From positions 1 to 59,603 of the forward strand of contig JAZTYX010000045.1 in NCBI GenBank assembly GCA_045637095.1: a stretch of 59,603 bases of DNA, given 5' to 3'. Below are positions 35,619 to 45,297 of the stretch, one piece after another. Origin of the DNA: Clostridia bacterium (lineage in GTDB: Bacteria > Bacillota > Clostridia > TANB77 > CAG-465). The stretch's first letter is position 1; each line of letters begins with the position of its first letter. The position numbers were made by a program, and so were the translations under genes. A model generated the notes under the pieces. It was given only the letters and a program-made list of their open reading frames with translations, had not been told where the DNA came from and did no database searches.

Positions 35619-36176
35619 CTATTTAACTAATTCAAGTGGTTTTTCTTTTTCTGCGATTCTTTCTAAATCTAAGAATGAAGGAGCATCCTTCTTAAATGTT
35701 TTTCCTATTTCTCTATTATATTTGCTATAAATTGTAGCAAACTTAGACTCATCCACTAATTCTAAAGGGCTGTCGTTTAAATCTCTTAATGTGCTGGCTT
35801 CTGGTTTTGTAGAAACAACCGGCTCGTCTTTAGGTTCTGGAAGTGGTTCGTCGTTTGATGGCATTGAATCTATATCCATATCGGGAACAGATGATGCATC
35901 AATTTTCACTTCAACAGGTTCTAGTGGAATATCGTTTATACCTGGTTCTGATGGCTTACTATAAGTATCGGGTTCGTCTGGCTCTGCAGAGCTTTCCAAA
36001 GGTTTACTGTTTTCAACATATCTTTCTAAAGTTAAATCTATTAAATCTAAAACGTCTTTATTTTTTGCATATTTTATACGAGCGTTATCTACAGATATAT
36101 GTTCGCGTTTTCCGTCAATGCAAATGTATAATAAAGTTTCATCAATTATATCTACATCAATATTTGAGCTTTTCAT
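35619..36176 (-). CDS. Hypothetical acidic Pro/Glu/Asp-rich protein (start trimmed)
   Basis: RBS aggagg 7 nt before the ATG at 36176. The longer ORF would run through the ppdK terminator (36241-36275). Confidence 0.5.
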   Translation of the reverse strand: MKSSNIDVDIIDETLLYICIDGKREHISVDNARIKYAKNKDVLDLIDLTLERYVENSKPLESSAEPDEPDTYSKPSEPGINDIPLEPVEVKIDASSVPDMDIDSMPSNDEPLPEPKDEPVVSTKPEASTLRDLNDSPLELVDESKFATIYSKYNREIGKTFKKDAPSFLDLERIAEKEKPLELVK

Positions 36177-36240
36177 ATATACGCCTCCTACATTAATATT
36201 ATTAAAAAACATAAGATAAGTCAAGAATATGAACATAAAG

Positions 36241-36275
36241 AATAAAAAATAACAGTCCATTTCTGAACTGTTATT
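36241..36275 (-). terminator. Terminator after ppdK
   Basis: aataacagt/actgttatt stem with a T-run on the minus strand. Confidence 0.6.
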
Positions 36276-36297
36276 TTATTTCTGTATTAAATACTTA

Positions 36298-38922
36298 CTA
36301 TTTGTTTGCTATTGCTGCTTGAGCTGCTGCTAAACGAGCGATAGGTACTCTGAATGGAGAACATGAAACATAAGTAAGACCTACTTTGTGACAGAACTCA
36401 ATAGTAGAAGGATCTCCACCGTGTTCACCACAAATTCCAAGTTTAATGTCTGGTCTTGTAGTTCTTCCAAGTTTTGCTGCCATATCTACTAATTTACCAA
36501 CACCGTTTTGATCTAATCTTGCGAATGGATCTTGTTCGTAAATTTTCTTGTCATAGTAGTAATTTAAGAATTTACCAGCATCGTCACGGCTAAATCCAAA
36601 TGTCATTTGTGTTAAGTCATTTGTACCAAATGAGAAGAATTCAGCTTCTTTAGCGATTTCGTCAGCTGTAACAGCTGCTCTTGGTATTTCTATCATTGTT
36701 CCTACTTTATAGTGCATATCGCTACCAGCTTCTTTAATTAAGCTATCTGCAGTTTCTACAACTATTGATTTAACGTAAGCTAATTCTTTAACTTCGCCTA
36801 CTAATGGGATCATTATTTCAGGAACTATATTCCAATCTGGATGTTTAGCTGCAACGTTTAATGCTGCTCTAATAACAGCTTTAGTTTGCATTTCTGCAAT
36901 TTCAGGATAAGAAACTGCTAGACGGCATCCTCTGTGTCCCATCATTGGGTTGAATTCATGTAAAGAAGCGATAACGTTCTTTAAGTGTTCAACTGTTATA
37001 TTTAATTCACCAGCTATTTCTACAATGTCTTTTTCTTCTGTTGGAAGGAATTCATGTAGAGGTGGATCTAAGTAACGAATTGTTACTGGGTGGCCTTCCA
37101 TAGCTTCATATAAAGCTTCGAAGTCACCTTGTTGCATTGGAAGTATTTTATCTAATGCTTTTCTTCTTGCTTCTTCGTTGTCTGAAACAATCATTTCTCT
37201 AACAGCTTTAATTCTGTCAGTTTCGAAGAACATGTGCTCAGTACGGCATAGACCAATACCTTCTGCTCCGAAAGTTCTAGCTTGTTTAGCATCTCTTGGA
37301 GTATCTGCATTTGTTCTAACTTGTAATGTTCTGAATTCATCAGCCCATCCCATTATTGTTCCAAAGTCTCCAGATATTGAAGCTTCAACTGTTGGTATAG
37401 CTTCACCATATATTTTACCTGTAGAACCATCAAGAGAAATATAATCTCCTTCATGGAACGTTTTTCCTCCAAGTGAGAATACTTTAGCTTCTTCGTCTAT
37501 AACGATTTCGCCACAACCAGATACACAGCAAGTACCCATACCACGAGCAACAACGGCTGCGTGAGATGTCATACCACCACGAACTGTTAAGATACCTTGA
37601 GCTGCGTTCATACCTTCGATATCTTCAGGAGAAGTTTCAAGTCTTACAAGAACAACTTTTTCTCCTTTTTCTGCCCATTCAACAGCTGCGCCAGCAGTAA
37701 ATACTACTTTACCACAAGCTGCACCTGGAGATGCTGGAAGCGCTGATCCTATTGGAGTAGCTGCTTTTAATGCTGCAGCGTCAAATCCTGGGTGTAATAA
37801 AGAGTCTAAGCTCTTAGCATCAATCATTGATACTGCTTTTTCTTTAGAAATTTTACCTTCTTCAACTAGGTCAACAGCTATTTTTAGAGCTGCAGCTGCA
37901 GTTCTTTTACCATTTCTAGTTTGAAGCATATAAAGTTTTCCGTTTTCAATTGTGAATTCCATATCTTGCATATCTGCATAGTGGTCTTCAAGTCTTGAAG
38001 AAATAGAAACGAATTCATCATATGCGTGAGGCATAACTTCTTTTAATTGATCAATTGTTTGTGGAGTTCTTATACCAGCAACAACGTCTTCACCTTGTGC
38101 GTTCATTAAGAATTCACCATATAATTTCTTTTCACCTGTAGAAGGGTTACGAGTAAATGCAACACCTGTTCCAGAAGTTTCTCCCATGTTTCCAAATACC
38201 ATCATTTGAACGTTTACTGCTGTTCCCCATGATGAAGGAATATCATTCATTCTTCTGTAGTAGATAGCTCTTGGGTTGTCCCATGATCTAAATACAGCTT
38301 TTATAGCTTCAAGAAGTTGTACTTTTGGTTCAGTTGGGAATTCTTCACCTTTAGCTTCTCTGTAGCAAGTTTTGAAACGAACAACTAGTTCTTTCATATC
38401 ATTTGCATCAAGTTCAGTATCAAGCTTAACTCCTTTAGCTTCTTTCATTTCGTCAATGATTTTTTCAAAGTAGCTCTTTGGAACTTCCATAACTACGTCT
38501 GAGAACATTTGAACGAAACGACGATAAGAATCGTAAGCGAAACGTGGGTTGTTAGTAAGCTTAGCAAAGCCTTCAACAACTTCGTCGTTTAATCCTAGGT
38601 TAAGGATTGTGTCCATCATACCTGGCATAGATGCTCTAGCACCAGAACGAACAGATACAAGAAGTGGGTTTTCAACACTTCCGAATTTTTTACCAGAAAG
38701 TTCTTCTAGTTTTGTAAGATTTGCAAATACTTCGTCAACGATTTCAGGAGCAATTTCTTTTCCATCATCATAGTAACGAGTACAAGCTTCAGTTGTAACA
38801 GTGAATCCTTGAGGAACAGGCATTCCTAAGTTAGTCATTTCGGCTAAGTTAGCACCTTTACCACCAAGAAGTTCTCTTTGTTTACCGTTACCTTCTGAAA
38901 ATTGATAAACGTATTTTGTCAT
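36298..38922 (-). CDS. ppdK: Pyruvate, phosphate dikinase
   Basis: 874 aa. GGKGANLAEM ATP-grasp start, phospho-His motif GGMTSHAAVVARG, C-terminal PEP-utilising TIM-barrel motifs (GICGEHGGDP). Confidence 0.95.
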   Translation of the reverse strand: MTKYVYQFSEGNGKQRELLGGKGANLAEMTNLGMPVPQGFTVTTEACTRYYDDGKEIAPEIVDEVFANLTKLEELSGKKFGSVENPLLVSVRSGARASMPGMMDTILNLGLNDEVVEGFAKLTNNPRFAYDSYRRFVQMFSDVVMEVPKSYFEKIIDEMKEAKGVKLDTELDANDMKELVVRFKTCYREAKGEEFPTEPKVQLLEAIKAVFRSWDNPRAIYYRRMNDIPSSWGTAVNVQMMVFGNMGETSGTGVAFTRNPSTGEKKLYGEFLMNAQGEDVVAGIRTPQTIDQLKEVMPHAYDEFVSISSRLEDHYADMQDMEFTIENGKLYMLQTRNGKRTAAAALKIAVDLVEEGKISKEKAVSMIDAKSLDSLLHPGFDAAALKAATPIGSALPASPGAACGKVVFTAGAAVEWAEKGEKVVLVRLETSPEDIEGMNAAQGILTVRGGMTSHAAVVARGMGTCCVSGCGEIVIDEEAKVFSLGGKTFHEGDYISLDGSTGKIYGEAIPTVEASISGDFGTIMGWADEFRTLQVRTNADTPRDAKQARTFGAEGIGLCRTEHMFFETDRIKAVREMIVSDNEEARRKALDKILPMQQGDFEALYEAMEGHPVTIRYLDPPLHEFLPTEEKDIVEIAGELNITVEHLKNVIASLHEFNPMMGHRGCRLAVSYPEIAEMQTKAVIRAALNVAAKHPDWNIVPEIMIPLVGEVKELAYVKSIVVETADSLIKEAGSDMHYKVGTMIEIPRAAVTADEIAKEAEFFSFGTNDLTQMTFGFSRDDAGKFLNYYYDKKIYEQDPFARLDQNGVGKLVDMAAKLGRTTRPDIKLGICGEHGGDPSTIEFCHKVGLTYVSCSPFRVPIARLAAAQAAIANK

Positions 38923-39084
38923 TTTCTGACCTCCTAATGATTAAATTAGCGTAGCAGTTAGCTACGACTTCAAGGGCTATTATATCAAAAAGATTGTATA
39001 AAATCTAGACCTAAATGTAAAAAAATATATGACATATATAAACAAGGACAAAATGCACTTAATATACTACATTAGGTGATAAAA

Positions 39085-39348
39085 ATGAGTATGGTTTTGA
39101 ATGTAGCAATTTATATAATTTTAGTGTTTGGAATAATAATAACTACAATAGCTTTCATGGAAGACGGATTAAAAAAGAATGAAAGATATATAAGGATAAG
39201 ACGTGATGGGGTGAAAGTAACGCTAGAACTGAAGACAGAAGGTATGACAAAAGAAGATGAACTTTTGGTAGCAGAAGTTATAGAGAAGGGTAAGTTTGAA
39301 AGTATATACGATCTAGTTGACCAATATATAGTAGCTAATAAATCTTGA
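39085..39348 (+). CDS. Small membrane protein, unknown function
   Basis: One N-terminal TM (VLNVAIYIILVFGIIITTIAF). RBS aggtga before the ATG at 39085. Confidence 0.4.
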   Translation: MSMVLNVAIYIILVFGIIITTIAFMEDGLKKNERYIRIRRDGVKVTLELKTEGMTKEDELLVAEVIEKGKFESIYDLVDQYIVANKS

Positions 39349-39407
39349 AATTTACATAATATGTGATATAATATGTTAAGTAAAAATATTATAAAAGGAG
39401 ACTGATT

Positions 39408-39839
39408 ATGTCACAAATTAAACGGAATTTTAATAAGAACGATAAGGTCTATGTAGTAGACTATTGGGGAACTTCAAAAGGGGCTGCAGCTTTTTCGGTA
39501 GGTGCTGAAATTATAAGTGTTAACGAAGAGAAACAAACATTTTGCGCTGTGTTATATGGCGATACATATCAAGTGTACAGTTTTGCAGATTACGGCAGGT
39601 TAATCTTTGACACTTCGATAGAAGCAAATACAGCGGCAAGCAAACTTCCGCATCCTGGAAGTACTGTTTATCAAAGAATAGGAAACAGAGTGTATAAAAA
39701 GCAGGTAGATTCTATCGGCGGCGGATATGTAAATGATGTATATGATCTTAAAATCTGTTTCAAACGAGGAAAGAGTGTTTCTATCAAAGAAATGGGAGTT
39801 ACAGTTTTTCTTAGTGAAGCGGATGCGAGAACCAAATAA
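39408..39839 (+). CDS. Hypothetical protein, non-host-like composition
   Basis: 143-aa ORF with RBS aaaggag. Visibly more G/C than the neighbours. No motif recognised. Confidence 0.45.
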   Translation: MSQIKRNFNKNDKVYVVDYWGTSKGAAAFSVGAEIISVNEEKQTFCAVLYGDTYQVYSFADYGRLIFDTSIEANTAASKLPHPGSTVYQRIGNRVYKKQVDSIGGGYVNDVYDLKICFKRGKSVSIKEMGVTVFLSEADARTK

Positions 39840-39856
39840 TAAGCAAGGAGAATGAC

Positions 39857-40321
39857 ATGAGCTATATGGTTAGAGTAAAATGTAATGTATCTGATGCTAT
39901 TTTCGAACTCCCGCCACTAAGAAATGAACTTGCTTCAGCTTTTGTTACGCAGGGAAACCTGGTAAAAGAAAGATACGAGGAGATTTATGATTATCTTAGA
40001 GAACACGGATTAGTAGCAACCGAGATGATGTCATACAACACTATTCACGCGTTATTTAAGATATATGTTCATAAAGCTCTTATCAACGAGGCTGTGCAAA
40101 GGATATTTGAACTTGAAAGAAACGAATACAATATGTTAGAAGTGTTATCAGATTTAATATCCGATAGAAAACTCCGCGAATATGTATACAGCGAACCTAT
40201 GGTAAGAGCGTTTGCACATGCAATAAGAACATTACCAAACGATGATTCTATTGAAGCGGTTTCTCACGGAAGTATGATACTTCTTCTTGAAAAGAAATTT
40301 CTTAACGACCGCAAAATTTGA
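39857..40321 (+). CDS. Hypothetical protein, non-host-like composition
   Basis: 154-aa ORF with RBS aaggaga, 17 nt after the previous gene. No motif recognised. Confidence 0.45.
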   Translation: MSYMVRVKCNVSDAIFELPPLRNELASAFVTQGNLVKERYEEIYDYLREHGLVATEMMSYNTIHALFKIYVHKALINEAVQRIFELERNEYNMLEVLSDLISDRKLREYVYSEPMVRAFAHAIRTLPNDDSIEAVSHGSMILLLEKKFLNDRKI

Positions 40322-40350
40322 ATGCAAAAATCACTAAACAAAAACAAAAA

Positions 40351-40378
40351 AGACGACTAATTTTAGTCGCCTTTTTTG
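40351..40378 (+). terminator. Rho-independent terminator
   Basis: agacgacta/tagtcgcct stem (one mismatch) followed by TTTTTT. Confidence 0.6.
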
Positions 40379-40436
40379 TTGACATGCTAAGCAGTTCTTG
40401 ATAAAATAAAATAGAATAAATATAAGGGGTAATGGA

Positions 40437-41033
40437 ATGTTTGCATATTTTAAAGGGAGCATCGAGAAAAAAGATGATGCAAAAGTAATAGTAGACGTAA
40501 ACGGTATAGGCTATGAAATATACATGCCAGCCGGAGATATAGATAGATTAAATATAGGAGAAACAACTAAAATACATACATTTACAGATATTAAAGAGGG
40601 GTATATCGGTATATTTGGTTTCTTAGAAGAAGAAGCTTTAAGTGTATTTGAAAAGTTAAAAAAAGTAAGTGGAATAGGATCAAAAACAGCACTTGGAGTA
40701 TTATCTCACATGTCACCTAGTGAAGTGTGCATGTCAATTGCAAATGAAGATTCTACACTACTTAGTAAAGTGCCAGGTATTGGTGCAAAAACAGCAGCGA
40801 GAATAATTCTAGAATTAAAAGATAAAATACTTAAAGAAACAGATATTAAGCCTACAAAGATAGCTTCTAAGAAAGAAACTACAAACAATAGTAAAAATGA
40901 AGCAGTGCTTGCTCTGAAAGTATTGGGGTATACAGCAACGCAAATTAATGAGGTTATTGATGAATTAGATATCGAAGGATTAAGAGTTGAAGAAATAATC
41001 AAGAAAGCACTTTCAAATATGAACAAAAGATAA
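40437..41033 (+). CDS. ruvA: Holliday junction DNA helicase subunit RuvA
   Basis: MFAYFKGSI...VIVDVNGIGYEI start. Two HhH motifs (VSGIGSKTA, VPGIGAKTAARI). Confidence 0.9.
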   Translation: MFAYFKGSIEKKDDAKVIVDVNGIGYEIYMPAGDIDRLNIGETTKIHTFTDIKEGYIGIFGFLEEEALSVFEKLKKVSGIGSKTALGVLSHMSPSEVCMSIANEDSTLLSKVPGIGAKTAARIILELKDKILKETDIKPTKIASKKETTNNSKNEAVLALKVLGYTATQINEVIDELDIEGLRVEEIIKKALSNMNKR

Positions 41034-41059
41034 AAAATTAATATAGAAAGAGGAAAAGT

Positions 41060-41737
41060 ATGATTGAATTAAAGGGTGTTACAAAAGTATATGAGCACAG
41101 AGTAGTTGCTTTAGACAATGTTAGTCTAAAGATAGATAAGGGTGAATTTGTGTTCTTAGCAGGCCCATCAGGTTCTGGCAAGTCTACATTCCTTAAGCTA
41201 TTGCTTAAAGAAGAATTGCCAACAGATGGATCTATATATGTTAACGGAGTTAACTTAAATACATTAAAAGAAAAGAAGGCGCCAGAACTAAGAAGGAAAA
41301 TAGGTTCTGTCTTCCAAGACTTTAGACTTCTTTATGACAGAACGGTATATGATAATATATTGTTAGCGTTAAGAATAAGTGATGCTTCTAAAGAAGAAAT
41401 AAAATATGCTATACCAAAAGTTCTAGAACAAGTAGGTCTTAAAGGAAAAGAAAATTTCTATCCAAATGAATTATCTGGTGGAGAACAACAAAGAGCAGCG
41501 CTTGCAAGGGCACTAGTTACAAAACCATTAATACTAATTGCGGATGAACCAACTGGTAATTTGGATGATGAAACTGCCAAAGGTATAATGAAAATATTAT
41601 ATGATGTAAATGCCGCTGGAACAACAGTAATAACAGTTACACACAATCTAAATATTATAGAAGAAAGCGGAAAAAGAGCAGTGTTCCTAAAAGATGGAAA
41701 GATTGTATCAGATACAAAGATAGGAGGTAATGAATAA
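41060..41737 (+). CDS. ftsE: Cell-division ABC ATPase FtsE
   Basis: Walker A GPSGSGKST, signature LSGGEQQR, Walker B LILIADEPTGNLD. An ftsX-type permease follows. Confidence 0.9.
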   Translation: MIELKGVTKVYEHRVVALDNVSLKIDKGEFVFLAGPSGSGKSTFLKLLLKEELPTDGSIYVNGVNLNTLKEKKAPELRRKIGSVFQDFRLLYDRTVYDNILLALRISDASKEEIKYAIPKVLEQVGLKGKENFYPNELSGGEQQRAALARALVTKPLILIADEPTGNLDDETAKGIMKILYDVNAAGTTVITVTHNLNIIEESGKRAVFLKDGKIVSDTKIGGNE

Positions 41738-44079
41738 TGTCAAAGACTACCTACCTAATAAATGAGGGGTTAGATAATTTAAGCAAGCATAAAGGCAAAA
41801 CAATTTCAACAATGTTAATAATATGTGCAACAATGCTTATTCTTGGAGTTTTTATTCTTTTGTTTATAAACATAGATAAGAATGTAACTTCTATAACAGA
41901 AAACCAAGGACTTCAAGCTTTCATAGACGATAACGTTTTTGAAAAGGATATAAACAATCTAGCTAAAAAAGTTAAAGAAGTAGCAAATGTAAAAGAACTA
42001 AAATATATGGACAAAGCAGCAGCTCTAGAAGATGCAAAGAATACATTAAAAGAATACGAATATCTTTTAGAAGGGATGGAAAATTCAAATCCTTTCCCAC
42101 GTTCGTTCATAATAACTTTTGAGAACTTAACAAGCACAGAAGAAGTAAAAAAAGCGATAGAAAATATTGATGGAATATATAAGGTAAGTTATAACGAAAA
42201 GGTTATAAACGCAGTTGTAACAGTATCTAGAATAGTAAATTATATAATATTATCTATAGGTGCTGTGATGATGGTAATTTCTATATTCATATTAGCAAAT
42301 ACAATTAAGTTAGCTATATATGCAAGTAAAAGAGATTTATACATAATGAAATATATGGGTGCGACTCAGAACTTTATAAGAACACCTTTTGTTGTAGAAG
42401 GAATGTCTCTTGGAGTAATGTCTGCAGTTATATCTTGGATAGTAGTATCAATAACATATTCGGTAGCATACAGATATTTACCGAAAGTAGGCGAAGAATT
42501 AGGTGTGTTTGGTTTTGTTGGATATTCTGAAATGTGGAGTACAATACTTATAGCATTTGCGGGACTAGGAATATTAATGGGTGTTTTAGGAAGTTTAATT
42601 GCAACAAAGAGATACTTAAAAGAATGTACACCAACTAAACCAAGCAAAAACTTAACATATACAACAATAAAAAATGATGATGGAACAGAAACAAGAATAA
42701 GTGAGACTTCTAAAGAAAGAAAAGATAGACTTGCTTATGAGAAAAGACAGGCTCAAGTGGAATTTGATAGAAAAAGACAAGAATTAAAAAGAGCAGAATT
42801 AGATAAAAAACAAGAAGATAAAAAACAAAAAGAAGAGTTTAAGAAGCAAAGAAAAGCGAGACGTTTGTCTATACTTTTAATAGCTCTTACATTATCTTCT
42901 GTACTTTCTCCATTTGCTACAGTAATAGCTAAAAGTACGCAAGATAAGATAGACGAACTTGACGGCCAAGTATCTGAGGCTGCTAAAGAATATAGTCAAA
43001 TTACAAAAGATATAAGTATATATGAAGGCCAAATAGCAGATCTAGATAAAGAAATGGTAAAGTATGAGGATGAAATTGTAACTCTAACAGAACAAGCAAA
43101 TATAGCTAGAGCAGAGTATCAAGAAATAGATGCAGAGCTACAATCAGTATCAAAAACATATGCTGAAGCAGAAGATAGATTAAATGCAAGACTTAGAAGT
43201 CTTTATGAAAACGGTTTTGTAAATATGTGGGAAGTTCTTCTATCTGCAGAAAATTTAACAGATTTTGTTGCTAAATATAATGCAATAATAGTTTTAATTA
43301 GAAACGATCAACAAGAACTTGAAGAAATGAATGACCAAAAACAAGTGATTCAAGGGCTAAGAGATGGAGCTGAACTTAGAAAATTACAAATAGAACAAGT
43401 AGAATATGATGTTACAAAATCTAAAGAAGCATTAGAAATGGCTAAGGCTAATAAAAAAGCAAAGTTAAATGAATTAGAAGCTTCTAAAACTAGATTAAAT
43501 AAGCTACTTAACGAATTAAAAGCTGAAAAAGCAAAACAAGAAGAAATATTAAGAAAAGAAATTGAAGCAAGTCAAAATTCGGGATTAATATTAAAAGGTG
43601 ATTTTACATGGCCAGCTAAAGGTGCATATTATGTGTCTGCGATATTTAAGGATAAAGAGTATTACAAAGAATTTGGAATAATGCATTATGGTACAGATAT
43701 AGCTAAAAGCGGTGGATGCGATATTCTTGCCGCAGCAGCTGGAAAGGTAATAAAAACGGTAAAGTCTAACTCTGGATATGGAAACTATATATTAATAGAC
43801 CATGGTAAGAAAAATGGTAAGAGCTATGTAACGCTATATGCGCATCTTAAGACGATAAATGTTAGCAAAGGTGAAACTGTTGTTAAAGGTCAAAAAATAG
43901 GTTATATGGGTTCTACAGGCTTCTCAACAGGTACACATTTACACTTTGAAATAAGAGAAAATGGTAATCAAATTAATGCAATGAAATATTATAGCGAACT
44001 TGGTTCAAAAGTAAAATATTTATCATATGGAAAATGGATTACATTCCCATTTAATAATATGGCAAAATATCAAGTGTAA
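41737..44079 (+). CDS. ftsX: FtsX-like permease fused to TM-anchored coiled-coil + M23 (LytM) metallopeptidase
   Basis: aa 1-~295 show typical FtsX topology and motifs (IMKYMGATQNFIRTPFVVEG). Then a K/E-rich linker, an extra TM (RRLSILLIALTLSSVLSPFATVIA), about 200 aa of coiled coil and an M23 domain with HYGTDIA and THLHFEI. The reading frame is continuous. Confidence 0.8.
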   Translation: MSKTTYLINEGLDNLSKHKGKTISTMLIICATMLILGVFILLFINIDKNVTSITENQGLQAFIDDNVFEKDINNLAKKVKEVANVKELKYMDKAAALEDAKNTLKEYEYLLEGMENSNPFPRSFIITFENLTSTEEVKKAIENIDGIYKVSYNEKVINAVVTVSRIVNYIILSIGAVMMVISIFILANTIKLAIYASKRDLYIMKYMGATQNFIRTPFVVEGMSLGVMSAVISWIVVSITYSVAYRYLPKVGEELGVFGFVGYSEMWSTILIAFAGLGILMGVLGSLIATKRYLKECTPTKPSKNLTYTTIKNDDGTETRISETSKERKDRLAYEKRQAQVEFDRKRQELKRAELDKKQEDKKQKEEFKKQRKARRLSILLIALTLSSVLSPFATVIAKSTQDKIDELDGQVSEAAKEYSQITKDISIYEGQIADLDKEMVKYEDEIVTLTEQANIARAEYQEIDAELQSVSKTYAEAEDRLNARLRSLYENGFVNMWEVLLSAENLTDFVAKYNAIIVLIRNDQQELEEMNDQKQVIQGLRDGAELRKLQIEQVEYDVTKSKEALEMAKANKKAKLNELEASKTRLNKLLNELKAEKAKQEEILRKEIEASQNSGLILKGDFTWPAKGAYYVSAIFKDKEYYKEFGIMHYGTDIAKSGGCDILAAAAGKVIKTVKSNSGYGNYILIDHGKKNGKSYVTLYAHLKTINVSKGETVVKGQKIGYMGSTGFSTGTHLHFEIRENGNQINAMKYYSELGSKVKYLSYGKWITFPFNNMAKYQV

Positions 44080-44123
44080 TAATAAAATAGTAAAAAAGTT
44101 TTTGTAAAAATAATGTAAACTTA

Positions 44124-44161
44124 AAATGACATACGGTGTGAAAACACGGTATGTCATTTTT
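44124..44161 (+). terminator. Terminator after ftsEX
   Basis: atgacatacggtg/cacggtatgtcat stem (one mismatch) followed by TTTTT. Confidence 0.65.
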
Positions 44162-44186
44162 AATAAGTGCCTAAATCACGTTTTTT

Positions 44187-44239
44187 TGTCGAATATTGCG
44201 ACCGATTTTTCTTGACACTAGTGTAACTGCGTGTTAAAT
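44187..44239 (+). promoter_or_regulatory. Perfect Spo0A box TGTCGAA (44187-44193) upstream of a sigma-A-type promoter (TTGACA 44212-44217, TTAAAT 44234-44239)
   Basis: Exact 0A-box heptamer 18 nt upstream of the -35. 16-nt spacer between -35 and -10. AGGAGG RBS at 44247-44252. Confidence 0.45.
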
Positions 44240-45070
44240 TTTTTGCAGGAGGTGACAGACATTTATGGCGTGATATACATGCTCCTTTTAGTAATAATTT
44301 TTAATCTAATTACAATATTAACAGTTCGTATTAGAGGAAAACAAATTTTATCCAATAAAAAAAATAATATTCCCAAAACACCAAAATGTATAAGAGAATA
44401 TTTATCTAAAGTTGAATCTAAATTATCTAGTCTAAATTATCCATACAAATTAACAAAGAAAAAATATTTAATCATAAAATATTTGTGTTCAACAATTATC
44501 TTTTTAATTTCATTTATAAACTACAAAACAATAAAAGTACCACTAATACTTTTAATAGTTGTATTTTTTATTCCGGATTATTTAATCTATTCGTATATCA
44601 AAAAAGAAAAACAAATTTTAATAGGAGAATTAACTGGTATAGTTTCTTCGTTAATTCTTTCTCTTACAGCATTTTCACCATTTAGCAAATCATTAGAATT
44701 AGCTGGTAAAAATGTAAAACACAAAAGGTTTAAGGAAGCGTATGTTACTTTTACAAAAACATATGTGATGAATGGATACAATCTTAAAGAGGCGTCGAGA
44801 ATTCTTAAGAATAAATTTAATAGTTATGAACTTACACTTTTTCTAACCACACTAATGCAAAGTGAAAATGAAGGAGAGATTATAGAAAGTTTAGAAAGAT
44901 ACAAAGAAGTGTTAGAAATAAATTATTTTAAATATCTAAAACGAAAAGGAGCAATAAAAACATTGTATGTTACATTAGGAATGATAGTATCGTTAATTAA
45001 TTTAGTTCTTGTTGTAATGTACCCAATAATTATGCAAGTGTTTAATAACTTGCAATTAATATTTGCTTAA
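44231..45070 (+). CDS. TadB/TadC-like (T2SS-F family) inner-membrane platform protein; start uncertain
   Basis: N-terminal TM, central TM pair and C-terminal TM around a soluble helical segment (KEASRILKNKF...LMQSENEGEIIESLERY), typical of T2SSF. The GTG at 44231 lies inside the putative promoter, so in-frame GTG 44270 or ATG 44279 are alternatives. Confidence 0.45.
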   Translation: MLNFLQEVTDIYGVIYMLLLVIIFNLITILTVRIRGKQILSNKKNNIPKTPKCIREYLSKVESKLSSLNYPYKLTKKKYLIIKYLCSTIIFLISFINYKTIKVPLILLIVVFFIPDYLIYSYIKKEKQILIGELTGIVSSLILSLTAFSPFSKSLELAGKNVKHKRFKEAYVTFTKTYVMNGYNLKEASRILKNKFNSYELTLFLTTLMQSENEGEIIESLERYKEVLEINYFKYLKRKGAIKTLYVTLGMIVSLINLVLVVMYPIIMQVFNNLQLIFA

Positions 45071-45086
45071 TATAGGAGGAAAAAAT

Positions 45087-45296
45087 ATGAAAAAATTAGC
45101 ATATATAAAATCAATAATAAAATCAAAAAACAAAATAAACAGTAAGAGAGGATCTGAACTTGCGGAGACAGTGTTAATAACATCAATTATGATGGTTCTT
45201 GTTGTTACAATATTCTATCCGCAAATGCAAACAATATTTACTAGTGCCATGACTAAGATGGGAACATGGTTAGACGAAATGTTAGCGTTAATATAG
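45087..45296 (+). CDS. Flp-type (type IVb) prepilin-like protein
   Basis: 69 aa. Basic leader ending KRG, then SELAET with Glu at +5 and a hydrophobic helix VLITSIMMVLVVTIF. RBS aggagg. Confidence 0.5.
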   Translation: MKKLAYIKSIIKSKNKINSKRGSELAETVLITSIMMVLVVTIFYPQMQTIFTSAMTKMGTWLDEMLALI

Positions 45297-45297
45297 T

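Noticed and set aside
40437-41033. ruvA not followed by ruvB
   Set aside because: This is unusual relative to many bacteria, but gene order of ruvAB varies and ruvB may lie elsewhere. It is not evidence of anything from this window alone.
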